Shown here: piece by piece, positions 41,587 to 56,310 of the stretch
Position numbering within the stretch: the stretch's first letter is position 1
Layout of the letters: the number at the start of each line of letters is the position of its first letter
NCBI GenBank assembly: GCA_951406725.2
Contig: OX597840.1
Location: 10,540,001 to 10,604,000, forward strand
Source: Octopus vulgaris
Lineage: Eukaryota
Length of the DNA stretch: 64,000 nucleotides
Direction of reading: 5' to 3'
Program-made: the position numbers and the translations under genes
The notes under the pieces: generated by a model
The model's input: the letters and a program-made list of their open reading frames with translations, nothing else
Databases searched by the model: none
What the model was told of the DNA's origin: nothing

Positions 41587-41679
41587 GTTTGACTTTTGCT
41601 TTATATTTGTACAAGTTGGCCCCAAGTCTCACCCAGAGACCTCATGAGACAACAGGCTGGAAGTTCACGTTGTTGTTGC

Positions 41680-41736
<57 letters not shown>

Positions 41737-41832
41737 AACATGCTACAATAAGAAATGCGATAATACAATTTGCTTTCTAAGGCTCTTTGTTACCCCAGGA
41801 GATCACTTTGTGATTCTCAGAAAAGTTTTCGT

Positions 41833-41840
41833 TATATAAA
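41833..41840 (+). promoter_or_regulatory. TATA box of paralog B
   Basis: TATATAAA ~100 bp upstream of an ATG in a good Kozak context (CCAGCCATG). Confidence 0.55.
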
Positions 41841-41940
41841 GGTGTGAGACTCGGGGAAGATTGTCAAACGATTAGCTTTGGATCGCGAGCTGCTGTCTGA
41901 ATTTTATCGTTTAAGAAGAGACGGAAAAACGTTTCCAGCC

Positions 41941-42168
41941 ATGACCATCAAATATCTTCTGTTTGTGGCCATTTGTCTTGGCATTGCCAGAGAAATCTAT
42001 GCCCTAGATTTGACCCTGACACCTGGTGAAACCGGCGATGCTGTCATCGATGCAACCATAAGAAAAATCCGAACCAAATGTATTCTGGCACAAGATTATT
42101 ATTTCCTGAGACGGTTGGCAGAGGCCCAGATGAATTCTATCGCAGCAACAACCGGTGGAATATGGAGG
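41941..42168 (+). CDS. Paralog B exon 1: signal peptide + start of N-terminal domain
   Basis: MTIKYLLFVAICLGIAREIYA-LDLTLTPG...GGIWR, with donor AGG|GTAAGT in phase 0. Confidence 0.85.
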
Positions 42169-43172
42169 GTAAGTACCAGATTTTCACATATACACACATG
42201 TACACATATACACGCACGCACGCATGTACCTAGGTATGCACAAACACACACATATACATGCATACTCTCTCTATGTGTGTGTGGGGGGGATATGACTCTA
42301 AACTGCCTCCGGTTGTGGAGATCCGGTTCGGGATTTCCAAAGTTTTGAGGAGTATGGAACCGCCTCTCAACGGCTATTTTCCCCCGGTCTATTCTCACCC
42401 GGAGTAGTAGCACCCGTCAGGGCCCCAGCAATGGATTAAACTATCAGATGTGATGACAAATCAGCTGAGCGCGGGGATGTAAAAATCTCCTTGGTTGGTG
42501 TCAGGGTCCGCAATAAAACCACCGGGAGTGATAGACCCCTAGCCGTTGTCACAGCATCCTTTTAGGAGAGGGACACCCTGTTGTAAAACCTGCGGGTTTC
42601 ACGTCATTACTGGCCATCTCGCTCCGGCCTCTCCCTAGGCACTAGTCACAGAGACTCAGAGAATGGCACTCGTGTTGTACAAGCGTTTATCACTAAAATC
42701 CAGTGACGTAAACACGTCTATTTATGGAGACCTAGTTCTTATCTTTATCTCATCTTCTGAAGGTCCTCTAGCTATAGAAGAGAGTTTCCAATTGGAAGCG
42801 CACAGTAAGTTGCAACTTTCGACTGTCGCTTTTTGCTTCAAATTCCGCAGATCTGTAACGGGACAGTATATATTTCTTTACTACCCACAAGGGGCTAAAC
42901 ATAGAGAGGACAAACAAGGACAGACAAAGGGATTAAGTCGATTACATCGACCCCAGTGCGTAACTGGTTATTAATTTATCGACCCCGAAAGGATGAAAGG
43001 CAAAGTCGACCTCGGCGGAATTTGAACCCAGAACACTTAACGACAGACGAAATACGGCTACGCATTTCGCCCGGCGTGCTAACGTTTCTGCCGCTAAGTG
43101 ACGGGGACATAAACACACCAGCATCGGTTGTCAAGCGATGCTAGGGGAACAAATACAGACACACAAACACAC

Positions 43173-43221
<49 letters not shown>

Positions 43222-43662
43222 TACGACGGGCTTCTTTCAGTTTCCGTCTACCAAATCCACTCACAAGGCTTTGGTCGGCCCGAGGCTATAGTAGAAGACA
43301 CTTGCCCAAGGTGCAACGCAGTATGACTGAACCCGGAACCATGTGGTTGGTAAACAAGCAACTTACCACACAGCCACTCCTGTATAAAGATATACACATA
43401 TCTTTATACATATAGTTTATAGATCAGAGACAGTTGTTCTCTATACAGAATACTCCTTGAAGTGCTCAAGAGATCTCATCTTGAGCAAATAGAGGAGTAG
43501 ATGAAAGGATAAGCAGGTTAGGTACGATGAGTTGCAGTAAATATTAAATACATTTAATTCAAAAAAACGTACATATGTTTCGATATAAAATAGTCCGACT
43601 TACGGAATATAAATAATATATTGAGTTAAACGGGTAGAGTTTTTCGAGTTCAACAGCTGTTA

Positions 43663-43703
<41 letters not shown>

Positions 43704-43750
43704 TGTGTGTGTATGTGTGTATATATATATATGTATATATAAATATAAAT

Positions 43751-43807
<57 letters not shown>

Positions 43808-43818
43808 TTGTGTGTGTG

Positions 43819-43862
<44 letters not shown>

Positions 43863-43875
<13 letters not shown>

Positions 43876-44190
43876 TTAGAGACAAAACCACTATTTTGCA
43901 AAACAAACAAGGAAAGACTTAATCAATACATAAAATTTTAATAAAAAGTAAAAAAACCGCCACTACAATTGTTTCATGTCCTGCTCGACAATCTTCAGGT
44001 GGATTTCCAATTTTCAAGTCAGTTTGAAACTGACTTGAAAATTGGAAATCCACCTGAAGATTGTCGATCAGGACATGAAACAATTGTAGTGGCGGTTTTT
44101 TTTACTTTTTATTAAAATTTTATGTATTGATTAAGTCTTTCCTTGTTTGTTTTGCAAAATAGTGGTTTTGTCTCTAATTAATATTATATA
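43863..44190. repeat. Near-perfect ~330-bp palindrome centred at 44026 in intron 1
   Basis: ...CAAGTCAGTTT G AAACTGACTTG..., with ~165-bp arms and a 1-nt spacer. Confidence 0.92.
44050..44092 (+). ncRNA. Minimal hammerhead ribozyme with canonical core (mirror copy 43960-44002, minus)
   Basis: CCAC CUGAAGA U UGUC-gaucag-GACA U GAAA CAAUUG UA GUGG. Confidence 0.8.
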
Positions 44191-44273
44191 ATATTTTACT
44201 ATAAAATTGGATTTAATCCTAAATCTGATTTTTTTCCCTGTAAATTTGGATTTATTCCCTAATATTTATTATA

Positions 44274-44488
<215 letters not shown>

Positions 44489-44687
44489 GGCACCTGTGCA
44501 GGTGGCACGTAAAAAGCACCCACTACACTCACGGAGTGGTTGGTGTTGGGAAGGGCATCCAGCTGTAGAAACATTGCCAGATAAGACTGGAGCCTGGTGC
44601 AGCCTTCTGGCTTCCCAGATCCCCGGTCGAACCGTCCAACCCATGCTAGCTTGGAGAACGGACGTTAAACGATGATGATGATGATGA

Positions 44688-44735
<48 letters not shown>

Positions 44736-44737
<2 letters not shown>

Positions 44738-45130
44738 GAGCAAAACGCCCCCCAAGCCGTCCAATGGATGGTGCTGAGTTGTCAAACATTTAAACTAAAT
44801 TTTCTCAAAACAACTTGTCTGACCCTCTCATTTTGTGGCATTATTTCAAGCCAGCCGGCTTTTTTTGCGCAAACTGCATGTACCTTTTTGTTCGCGTGCG
44901 CGCAGTATCGATCGCAACAGCTGAAGTACTTGCGCGTACAAATGCACGTTCCCACGGCTTTATCGATCGCATTCTCACCTGGAATTGATATTTGTAATTT
45001 TTTCAAGACTTATACATACCCTGATACCGTCGGGATCTACATATCAAATTTGAGAGCAATCGGATGGAGGATGGCCGAAATCCTAGAAGACACACAGACA
45101 GACAGAACGGATTTTATATTATATTATATA
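44736..45130 (-). mobile_element. Possible non-autonomous Helitron-like element
   Basis: Minus strand begins TATAATATAAAATCCGTT(CTGT)n and ends in a GC-rich stretch plus CTCG|T. Confidence 0.4.
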
Positions 45131-45156
45131 TATATATATATAAATAATATCATGAG

Positions 45157-45248
<92 letters not shown>

Positions 45249-45254
45249 TATATA

Positions 45255-45295
<41 letters not shown>

Positions 45296-45299
45296 CATG

Positions 45300-45356
<57 letters not shown>

Positions 45357-45726
45357 TTAAGTATGTATGTATGTATGTATGCGTGCATGTGTGTGTAGTA
45401 TGTGTCTTTATCTTTTGCTTGTTTCAGTGAATTGACTGCGGCCATGCTGGGGCCCCGCCTTGAAGCGTTTTAGTCGAATAAATAGACTCCTCGACTTCAG
45501 GTTTTAAAGTCTAACAACTTATTCTACCGCTGCCTTTTACCTAACCTCTAATTTACGAGGACGTAAACAAACCAGCTCCGTCGGTGAAGCAGTGTGGTCG
45601 GAAACAAGCTCAAGCATCAAGACATAACACACACACATAAACACACACGCACATGCATACACGCATGTAGATATATTACATACATGCATACATTCATACA
45701 TACATACACACACATACATACATACA

Positions 45727-45759
<33 letters not shown>

Positions 45760-45800
45760 CCATACATACATACATACAACTTTGTCTTATGTTTCTGTAG

Positions 45801-46089
45801 GTAACCAGCGCCCAATTGACAATTGTCCAAAATGCTTGCAATGGCTTACTTCAAACGAAATGCAATGAAGTGACGACCGAGTTCAACGTTGATGTATCGA
45901 CCCTAACAATTTCCGACCTACAAAAACCCCTATATTCTGGATTGGTAATGAGCTTGTTTATCTTAAACTCTGTATCACCGGTTCCGCTTCAAAAAGCACA
46001 GCAAGCGCTTTCGTGGAAAAATTATATCTATTCGAACGGCGACACCACTGAATTTGTGACCTGGTCAAATGAATTAGAACAGTTAAACG
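45801..46089 (+). CDS. Paralog B exon 2: remainder of N-terminal domain
   Basis: ttctgtAG acceptor in phase 0; VTSAQLTIVQNAC...DLQKPLYSGL...QQALSWKNY...ELEQLN; G|GTGAGT donor. Confidence 0.85.
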
Positions 46090-46849
46090 GTGAGTGAAAT
46101 TATTGTCTGTGCTCTTTTGTCGTATATACTTGTGTATGTATGTATGTATGTATGTATGTATGTATGTATGTATGTATGTATGTATGTATGTATGTATGAA
46201 CAGGCGACGAAATGGCAGAATCGTTAGCACACCGGGCGAAATGCTTAGTGGTATTTCGTCTGCTGTTACGTTCTGAGTGCAAATTCCACCGAGGTCGACT
46301 TTGCCTTTCATCCTTTCGGGGTCGATTAAATAAGTACCAGTCACGCACTGGGGTCGATGTAATCAACTTAATCCGTGTGTCTGTCCTTGTTTGTCCCCTC
46401 TGTGTTTAGCCCCTTGTGGGTAGTAAAGAAATACGTATGTATGTGCGTGCATGCATGCGTGTGTACATGTATGTATGTATGTATGTATGTATGTATGTAT
46501 GTGTATGTATGTATGTATGTATGTATGTATGTATGTATGTATGTATGTATGTATGTACGTATGTATGATTTTTCTTTGAGATTTAAATTTTACGTTAGAG
46601 AGTTCAAGTCGTTTGCTAACAAAACGACTCTCTCTTTACCCTTACTCTTTTACTTGTTTCAGTCATTTGACTGCGGCCATGCTGGAGCACCGCCTTTAAT
46701 CGAGCAACTCGACCCCGGGACTTATTCTTTAGTAATCCCAGTACTTATTCTATCGGTCTCTTTTGCCGAACCGCTAGGTAACGGGGACATAAACACACCA
46801 GCATCAGTTGTCAAGCGATGGTGGGGGGACAAACACAGACACACAAACA

Positions 46850-46890
<41 letters not shown>

Positions 46891-47454
46891 GACGGACTTC
46901 TTTCAATTTCCGTCTACCAAATCCACTCACAAGGCTTTGGTCTGCCCGAGGCTATAGTAGAAGACACTTGCCCAAGGTGTCGGGCAGTGGGACTGAACCC
47001 GGAACCATGCGGTTGGTAAACACTCCTGCGCCTAAACATTTTGAGTTAAGAAAGTTCCCGGTGTCTCTAAATATGTGGTTCTGTTGTTCTGTTGGTTGAA
47101 CTATCATTGCATACACCTACAGGTGTATATATTTTCACATAAAAATTCCGGATGGAGAACTTTTGCAATGTCTTACATATCTTCACTGTTTGTTTGTTCC
47201 TTCTAGAAACATGCCTGGCTCATAAGGGCCGGTTTCCCGGTTTCTTTGGCGTATAGGTTCTCCACCTGGACAGGACGCCGGTCCATCACAGGTGAGCTGC
47301 AAGATGCAGGAGGAAAGAGTGAGAGAAAGTTGTGGCGAAAGAGTCAGCAGAAGTTCGCCATTACCTTCTGCCGGAGCCGCGTGGAGCTTAGGTGTTTCAA
47401 TCATAAACACACGCACATCGCCCGGTCTGAGAGTCCAACCCGTGATCCCTCGTT

Positions 47455-47509
47455 GTTGTTATTATAATTATTTTATTATAATTATTTTATTATAATTATT
47501 TTATTATTA

Positions 47510-47589
<80 letters not shown>

Positions 47590-47657
47590 TTTTTTTTTTT
47601 TTAATTATTATTATTATTAGTATTACTTTTATTATTATTTTATTATTATTATTATTA

Positions 47658-47748
<91 letters not shown>

Positions 47749-47952
47749 TTATTATTATTATTATAATTATTTTATTATTATAATTATTATTATTTTTATT
47801 ATTACTATTATTATTATTATTTTGTTATTATTATTATTATTATTATTATTTTTTATTATTATTATTAGTATTTGTATTATTTATTATTATTATTATTGTT
47901 ATTATTATTATGTTTTATTATTATTATTATTATTATTTTGCTATTATTATTA

Positions 47953-47983
<31 letters not shown>

Positions 47984-48027
47984 TTATTATCATTATTTTT
48001 TATTGTTATTATTATTATTATTATTAA

Positions 48028-48082
<55 letters not shown>

Positions 48083-48107
48083 GTTGTTGTTATTGTTAAT
48101 ATTATTA
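47455..48107. repeat. Degenerate (ATT)n tract
   Basis: Directly visible in the sequence. Confidence 0.9.
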
Positions 48108-48176
48108 GTTACAAGTAAACTTTCGCGTGTGGGATTTTGTTGTAAAAATTGGTTTTAATTATGAATATCTTTTCAG

Positions 48177-48734
48177 ATTGCGCCGGTAACCAGATGGACT
48201 TAGTGTTTGTTATTGACGCGTCCGGAAGCGTTGGAACAACAAATTTTGATTTGACCAAAGTATTCTTGGATAACGTTGTGAGCAATCTAGACATTAGTGG
48301 AACAGAAACACGCGTAGCAGTGGTTAGATTTTCAAACGATCCTCACGTAATGTTTGGCTTAGACACTCACAGCACGAAAACTGCAGTAAAAAGTGCTATT
48401 AACCTTATAACTTACGATGGTGGTGGTACAAACACGACCTCGGCTCTTGACTTAGCACGTACCAGTGTCTTTACAAATACAAGAACATCTGTTGCTGCAA
48501 AAGTTTTAGTTTTGGTCACAGATGGAAAGTCAAGTAGTGAAACGGGAACAGTAGCGGCAGCTCAAAGACTGAAAGATGACGGCGTCACTATATTTACAAT
48601 TGGAGTTGTCAATCCAAGAGTGTCTGAGTTAACTGCAGCAGCAAGTGAACCCAGTTGTACACATTTCATCCACTTGAATGATTATAATGAGATTGATTTT
48701 ATTGTGAAGGAAATTCAATCAGAATCATGTGCAG
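48177..48734 (+). CDS. Paralog B exon 3: von Willebrand factor A domain with intact MIDAS
   Basis: DLVFVIDASGSVG...RVAVVRFS...GGGTNT...VLVLVTDG...GVTIFTIGV, a phase 1-1 exon with canonical sites. Confidence 0.93.
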
Positions 48735-49771
48735 GTAAGTCTGGTATCTAATGACTGTCGTTATTATTATTATTATTTGTTGTTGTTGTTGTCGTCGTCT
48801 CAAATCCTTCCGAGATAATTACTCTTTTACTCTTTTACTTGATTTTATTGTGAAGGAAATTCGATCTGCATCCTGCGATGGTAAGTCTGACATCAAATAA
48901 CTGTCGTTATTGTTTGGCTTTTGTTGTTGAGTTTGTTGTCGTCCTCATCATCGTTGTCGTTGTAAAGCTCTAACCGACCCGATTGATCAGGCCTATGGTC
49001 AAATATCTTCTAAATGTGACGGGAAAATCCCGTCTCTTTTTCTCAAACATAGCATATCTGAGATTACGTTATGCAATGTGTCGTTTTCTGTCAAAATAAG
49101 ATTCAGCTTCTGTTTCTACAAATTCGAGCTCTGTCTTTGGCGTGTCATGATTATTATTATTATTATTGATTGTATTAAAGTTGGAAATTAATTTTGTGAC
49201 AAGAATAGTGGGATAGAGTTGTGTGCTGTTGTGTAGTGCAGAATGATGTGGTGTTGTGTGCTGTTGTGTAGTGCAGAATGATGTGGTGTTGTGTGCTGTG
49301 AAATAAATAATCAAACACCCCTATCACTGTTCCATTATGATTATAAAACTCATATCTTATAGAAGTTAGAATAATGTCTAACCTTTACACTTCCAACAAT
49401 ATTTTCGATGGTGAGGCCATTTAATACAATATACTTCAAGAAGATGGCAGCTTCAAAGAGAAACACTATAAGCACGCGTCTCGAAGAAAGCCGACAGAAA
49501 TCTCTAAAAAATTCCGTTATTATCATATCGGACCCGATTTCAGAGTTAATTCATAAGAACCTTCTCTTCGTCAGTGATAAATGCGGCAAATAAATAAATG
49601 AAATACTTACTTACACCCATTGAAGAAGCAAACACTAAGCCATGAGCACAATTAAGTACCCCAAATATATCCAAAGTAGAAATTCTCCAGCACACCTCGA
49701 GACACGTGCGATTCGAACTGAAAACTGTCACAGAGTGAGAGAGTACGGAAGTGAACACTAATAAATTTACA

Positions 49772-50167
49772 TCTAATCTTTATATATAAAAGTGAAGTTG
49801 TGTGTCTGTCTACTCCGATTTAGATTCCTAACTACTTCCACATTTTGCGATGCAGTTTAACCAAAACCGGGTATCTTATAGTCGTGATTCATATCGAGCC
49901 CTTCTGGGTATTAGCGCGCGTCTACAATGAATCTAGGATTTTAAAAATAATTTACCATAATTTTTTTCCATTTTAACGCATATTTTTTAGATAAAGAGAA
50001 GTAACTCTCTAAAAATGTCTACGATGAGTCAACGATTTAAAAAAAATTTACCATAATTTTTTTTCCATTTTTAATGCATTTTTTGCTATTTTTTGGCTAT
50101 AACTCTCTAAAAATGCTTTATAGTTATTTCCCTTACAAACCCGAGCAACGCCGGCTGATACTGCTAG
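49772..50167 (+). mobile_element. Non-autonomous Helitron-like element
   Basis: A|TCTAATCTTTATATATAAAA start, subterminal hairpin and CTAG|T end, with no TSD. Confidence 0.65.
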
Positions 50168-50758
50168 TATAGGATAAAATTTTTTGAAAAAAATTTTATC
50201 AGTGGCCAGCATAATAAAAAATACCTTTAAATGTTAAATTTATAAACAACTCATAAACAAGAGCAAAAGAAAAACAAATTCTAATGCCAAATATGCCGAA
50301 ACTAGACACAACGTCCGTAACCATATAATTCATCACTATAGGCCCGCGTCTCGAAGAAACTAGTCTGTAGATGATAAACATAGCTAGCTTAGAGGCGATG
50401 GCCTCTTGGAGCTAATCAACGGCAGCATTCGTCCTATTTTCCTGGACTGCCATTTTAGCTTGGCGATAACTATTAATATCCAGTACCGCTGCCGTAGTTT
50501 CCTTTAGAGAGATTTTAAAATATTAATCTCTCTCTATTCAAAATGTGACCGCGTGTGTACCGTTGGCGATTTCTTTCCTCTGTCGTCCCTTCTCTGGATC
50601 TTTCCTTCTCCTATGTTTTCGACGAAGATTTCCGCTCGAAACGTTAAACCCCCCTTCTTTCCTTCTTTCCTTCTTTCCTGAGCGTCCAATAATACGATAT
50701 TTGTTCCACGTCCTCGCGTTGTTGTGTTTTCTCTTTGTGTTTTCATGTTTGGATTAAC

Positions 50759-50803
<45 letters not shown>

Positions 50804-51054
50804 GTAAATGCATATTTGTATATGTGTATAGTTGGGGTGTGCGTGTACATATTTATGTATGTGCTTGAGCATATAGTTTCCGGTTCATCCACACATTTCC
50901 ATCACCCATATCAATTTATGATGATACACTAGCTACCAAGAGAATTAACGTCTGCTCAAGGGGACTTAACCTTGACTTACTGGTAACCTCAGTTGCCTCC
51001 CAGACGTGCATACATACATATACATGTATGTAGTATCTATCTGCATATATATAT

Positions 51055-51346
51055 AAAATAGAAAAAAACCACCTTTTATCAATTCAATAATGAAAAATTA
51101 AATTACACCATCTAGAAAATTACATAATATAGAAAAATTAAATATAAGATAAAAAATATAACGATGATTAATTAATGTGCAAAATAATAAATAACAAATA
51201 TATAAGTTTTATTTATTATTTTGCACATTAATTAATCATCGTTGTATTTTTTATCTTATATTTAATTTTTCTATATTATGTAATTTTCTAGATGGTGTAA
51301 TTTAATTTTTCATTATTGAATTGATAAAAGGTGATTTTTCCCAATT

Positions 51347-51387
<41 letters not shown>

Positions 51388-51470
51388 TATATTTTGTGAA
51401 ATTTGATTTAGTATTTCTAGATTGAATTTTTCCCCGTAAGTTAGGAATAATATTCCCTCATATTATTATA
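51055..51470. repeat. Fold-back element (single palindrome) plus tail, paralogous to 2198-2815
   Basis: Arms of ~140 bp centred near 51200. Confidence 0.75.
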
Positions 51471-51660
51471 CATATATATAGGCGCAGGAGTGGCTATAGG
51501 CGCAGGAGTGGCTGTGTGGTAAGTAGCTTGCTTACCAGCCACACGGTTCCGGGTTCAGTCCCACTGCGTGTTACCTTGGCAAAGCGTCTTCTACTATAGC
51601 CTCGGGCCGACCAAAGCCTTGTGAGATTTGGTAGACGGAAACTGAAAGAAGCCCGTCGTA

Positions 51661-51820
<160 letters not shown>

Positions 51821-52035
51821 TTTGTGTGCCTGTGTTCGTCCCCCTAGCATTGCTTGACAACCGATGCTGGTGTGTTTATGTCCCCGTTACTAAGCGGTTC
51901 GGCAAAATAGACAGATAGAATAAGTACTGGGCTTACAAAAAAAAAGAATAAGTTCCGGGGTCGAGTTGCTCAATTAAAGGCGGTGCTCCAGCATGGCCGC
52001 AGTCAAATGAGTAATACAAGTAAAAGAGTAAATGA

Positions 52036-52104
<69 letters not shown>

Positions 52105-52174
52105 TGTATGTATGTATGTATGTATGTGAGTATGTTTGTGTTTGTCCCCCCAACAACGCTTAACAACCGATGCT

Positions 52175-52229
<55 letters not shown>

Positions 52230-52305
52230 ATGTGTGTGTGTGTGTGAGTGTGCATGTCTGTGTCAAGTAATTGTGCATAATTTTCTGTCCATAATCTCTT
52301 TCCAG

Positions 52306-52430
52306 GTTCTATCCATGTTAACGACACTACTGAGATAACGGATAACCCCCTACCGAATTGTAACGTGACGAAACAACAAATCCTGAACTCCACCATAGTT
52401 ATCACGTCCCACTCGTTTACAACAATCACG
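52306..52430 (+). CDS. Paralog B exon 4
   Basis: GSIHVNDTTEITDNPLPNCNVTKQQILNSTIVITSHSFTTIT; canonical sites, and the phase fits exons 3 and 5. Confidence 0.85.
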
Positions 52431-53108
52431 GTAAGTCGAATATTCCAGAATATCATGAACAGGGTTGTTTCTGTTGTTATTGTTATTGTTGTTAGCGGTG
52501 AGCTGGCAGAAACGTTAGCACGCTGGGCGAAATGCTTTGCAGTATTTCGTCCGCCGTTACGTTGTGAGTTCAAATTCCGCCGAGGCCGACTTTGCCCTTC
52601 ATCCTTTCGGAGTCGATAAATTAAGTACCAGTTACGCACTGGGGTCGATGTAATCGACTTAATACCTATGTCTGTCCTTGTTTGTTCCTTTGTGTTTAGC
52701 CCCTTGTGGATAGTAAAGAAATAGGTATTTCGACTGCGGTTACGTTGTGAGTTCAAATTCCGCCGAGGTCGACTTTGCCTTTCATCCTTTCGGAGTCGAT
52801 AAATTAAGTACCAGTTACGCACTGGGGTCGATGTAATCGACTTAATCCGTTTGTCTGTCCTTGTTTGTCCTCTCTGTGTTTAGCCCCTTGTGGGTAGTAA
52901 AGAAATAGGTATTTCGTCTGTCTTTACGTTCTGAGCCCAAATTCCGCCGAGGTCGACTTTGCCTTTCATCCTTTCGGGGTCGATAAATAAAGTACCAGTT
53001 TCCCACTGGGTCGATGTAGTCGACTTAATCCCTTCGTCTCTCCTTGTTTGTCCCCTCTATGTTTAGCCCCTTGTGGGTAGTAAAGAAATACATTTTTGTT
53101 CTTCCCAG

Positions 53109-53343
53109 GTGAGTATCCAGTGTGGTGTGGCCACTATGTATGGGTCATTTAACAACAGTAACCCAAGTTTGGCCAACTACGACTACATAACCTATGCAAC
53201 TGACATGAGCCCGGGTAGAATGTTCGTGGGTAAACCAACATCACCATCAACGTTCTTCCATACGATAAGTTCCAAGATGCTATGTGGCCTCAACACCACC
53301 GATTGTTACAATGCTCACTATAACATCACGTTCACAACAATAG
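53109..53343 (+). CDS. Paralog B exon 5
   Basis: cccAG acceptor, open in phase 0, G|GTAAG donor; several N-x-S/T sites. Confidence 0.85.
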
Positions 53344-53577
53344 GTAAGCAGACTCAATATATTTCTTTATTATCAAAGATTATTCTGTATTCTTTATATA
53401 TAGGCTTAGGAGTGGCTGTGTGGTAAATAGCTTGTTTAGCAACCACATGGGTCCGAGTTCAGTCCCACTGCGTAGCACCTTGGGCAAGCGTCTTCTACCA
53501 TAGCCTCGGGTGGACCAAATCCTTGTGAGTGGATTTGGTAGACGGAAACTGAGAGAAGCCCGTCGTATATGTATATA

Positions 53578-53655
<78 letters not shown>

Positions 53656-54933
53656 TGTGTATGTGTGTGTGTATGTGTGGTCGATATAATCGACTTAATC
53701 CTTGTCTGTCCTTGTTTGTCCTCTCTGTGTTTAGCCACTTGTGGGTAGTAAAGAAATAGGTATTTCGTCTGCCGCTACGTTCTGAGTTCAAATTCCGCCG
53801 AGGACGACATTGCCTTTTATCCTTTCGGGGTCGATTAAATAAGTACCAGTTATGCTCTAGGGTCGATATAATCGACTTAATCCGTTTGTCTGTCCTTGTT
53901 TGTCCCCTCTGTGTTTAGCGCCTTGTGGGTAGTAAAGAAATAGGTTTTCACATTGATACCATTTTGGTTATATACCCTCAAGCTATTTGATATTAGGGAG
54001 GTTGAAGTTTCCTAGAAGTATGTTACGACTGTCATGAGGACTGGCTAATATTTCCTCCATTTTTTATGTTCTCTTCGAATGGGTTCACATAACTTGGAAT
54101 ATCTGATGGGCTACATGCAGCGCATACTACCGTTTGGTGGAGGCGCAATGGCCCAGTGGTTAGGGCGTTGTGAGTGTTTATTGAGCGAAAACACCTAAAA
54201 AAGCTCCACGAGGCTCCGGCAGGGGATGGAAGAGACCCCTGCTGTACTCTTTCACCACAACTTTCTCTCACTCTTACTTCCTGTTTCTGTTGTACCTGTA
54301 TTTCAAGGGGCCGGCCTTGTTACTCTCTGTGTCACGCTGAATATCCCCGAGAACTACGTTAAGGGTGCACGTGTCTGTGGAGTGCTCAGCCACTTACACG
54401 TTAATTTCACGAGCAGGCTGTTCCGTTGATTCGGATCAACCGGAACCCTCATCGTCGTAACCGACGGAGTGCTTCCCCCTATACTACCGTTTTGGTCGGA
54501 ATAGTGTGTCAGCACACAACATCATAAGTTCCTCAACAGATGTAGTTTATATACACATACATACAAAGATACATATATACATATATACGTACAAACATAC
54601 ATACATACAAACATACCTACGTGCATACATACAAACATGCAAACAAATATACATACATACATACATACATACATACATACATACATACATACATACATAC
54701 ATACATACATACATACATACATACATACATACATACATACATACATACATACATACATACATACATTCATACATACATACATACATACATACATACATAC
54801 ATACATACATACATACATACACACACACATACACACACACATACACACATACATACATACATACATACATACATACATACATACATACATACATACATAC
54901 ATACATACATACATACATACATACATACATACA

Positions 54934-54964
<31 letters not shown>

Positions 54965-55002
54965 TGTTCTTACCATTTAACATTGTCGTTCTTTTCTTTC
55001 AG

Positions 55003-55552
55003 GTGTAAATGATTCGTGCACAACCGTAACTACCCATTCAGTAGTTCCTATTTTATAGCGTGTGGTGCAGGCACAGATTATCAACAAAGGAAATGCGAAA
55101 ACAACGAAATCTTGCATCAAGACCAGACGACAGAAAATCTGAGTGCCGTCTGCTGTCCTGAAAATCATATTTTTGATGCAATCCTGAAGATATGTAAACC
55201 CCGTGTGTCGACCACACCAGGCATCGCTTTGCAGCTTCTCCCCTGCGTCGTTAATCCACCGCAATATTATTATCCTCATCCGGCAACCCTTTCAAAATTC
55301 ATACAATGTAGTCAATGGGGTCAAAGTTATGAAATGCCTTGTCCAACAGCACAAATCTGGCATCCAAGTATTATGAATTGCATGCCCCTTAATCCAAGCG
55401 TTAGTGTGTGTGGAGCTAACACTAACGGCCAGTTTCAACCTCACCCATTCAGTAGTTCCTATTTTATAGCGTGTGGTGCAGGCACAGATTATCAACTAAG
55501 GAAATGTGAAAACAACGAAATCTGGCATCAAGACCTGAGCCAGTGTGCTTAA
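55003..55552 (+). CDS. Paralog B terminal exon, CBM14-like repeats; rearranged and out of frame from the ancestral acceptor
   Basis: The acceptor at 55002 gives a stop at 55056-58. The CBM14 frame runs to TAA 55552 and is reachable from the AG at 55057-58. Confidence 0.75.
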
Positions 55553-55750
55553 ACTTCACCATTTTGAATGAAAACTGGAATGCTTCAAATTGTTTTTAAT
55601 GGAAATTTAATTTGATTTTAATGATTTTAATGTGATTTTAACGACTAATTGATTTGCTTCAGTCTCTTCTCGTTTTTGAATTGCCATTTCTGTAATCCGA
55701 ACACTTGCACGAATTTGTACATTTAGATGACTAAAATAACACACACACAG

Positions 55751-55809
<59 letters not shown>

Positions 55810-56091
55810 TGTCCATATCCAAGCGCACGCACACACATACACACAAACATATATATACATACATGCACACATGCATGTACACACATACACATACACACAC
55901 ACACAAACACACAAATACACACATGTACATATGCACGCACACATACACACACACACATATATGCGTGCATACACACGGACATACACACACATACGCATAC
56001 ACTTACATATCTACATGCGAGGGGTGTATGAAAAGTCGTGAGCCTCAAAATAACAAAACATGGTACAAGACTTCTAATGAAGGTACAGAAC

Positions 56092-56310
56092 TTCAAGGCT
56101 CAAAAGGCCTTGAAGGCTCAAAGGCGTTGAAGGCTCAAAGGCGTTGAAGGCTCAAAGGCTTTGAAGGCTCAAAGACCTTGACGGCTCAAAGGCGTTGAAT
56201 GCTCAAAGGCGTTGAAGGCTCAAAGGCGTTGAAGGCTCAAAGACCTTGAAGGCTCAAAGGCGTTGAAGGCTCAAAGGTGTTGATGGCTCAAAGGCCTTGA
56301 AGGCTCAAAA
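56092..56310 (+). repeat. 17-bp minisatellite
   Basis: Same unit as 7412-7731. Confidence 0.9.
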
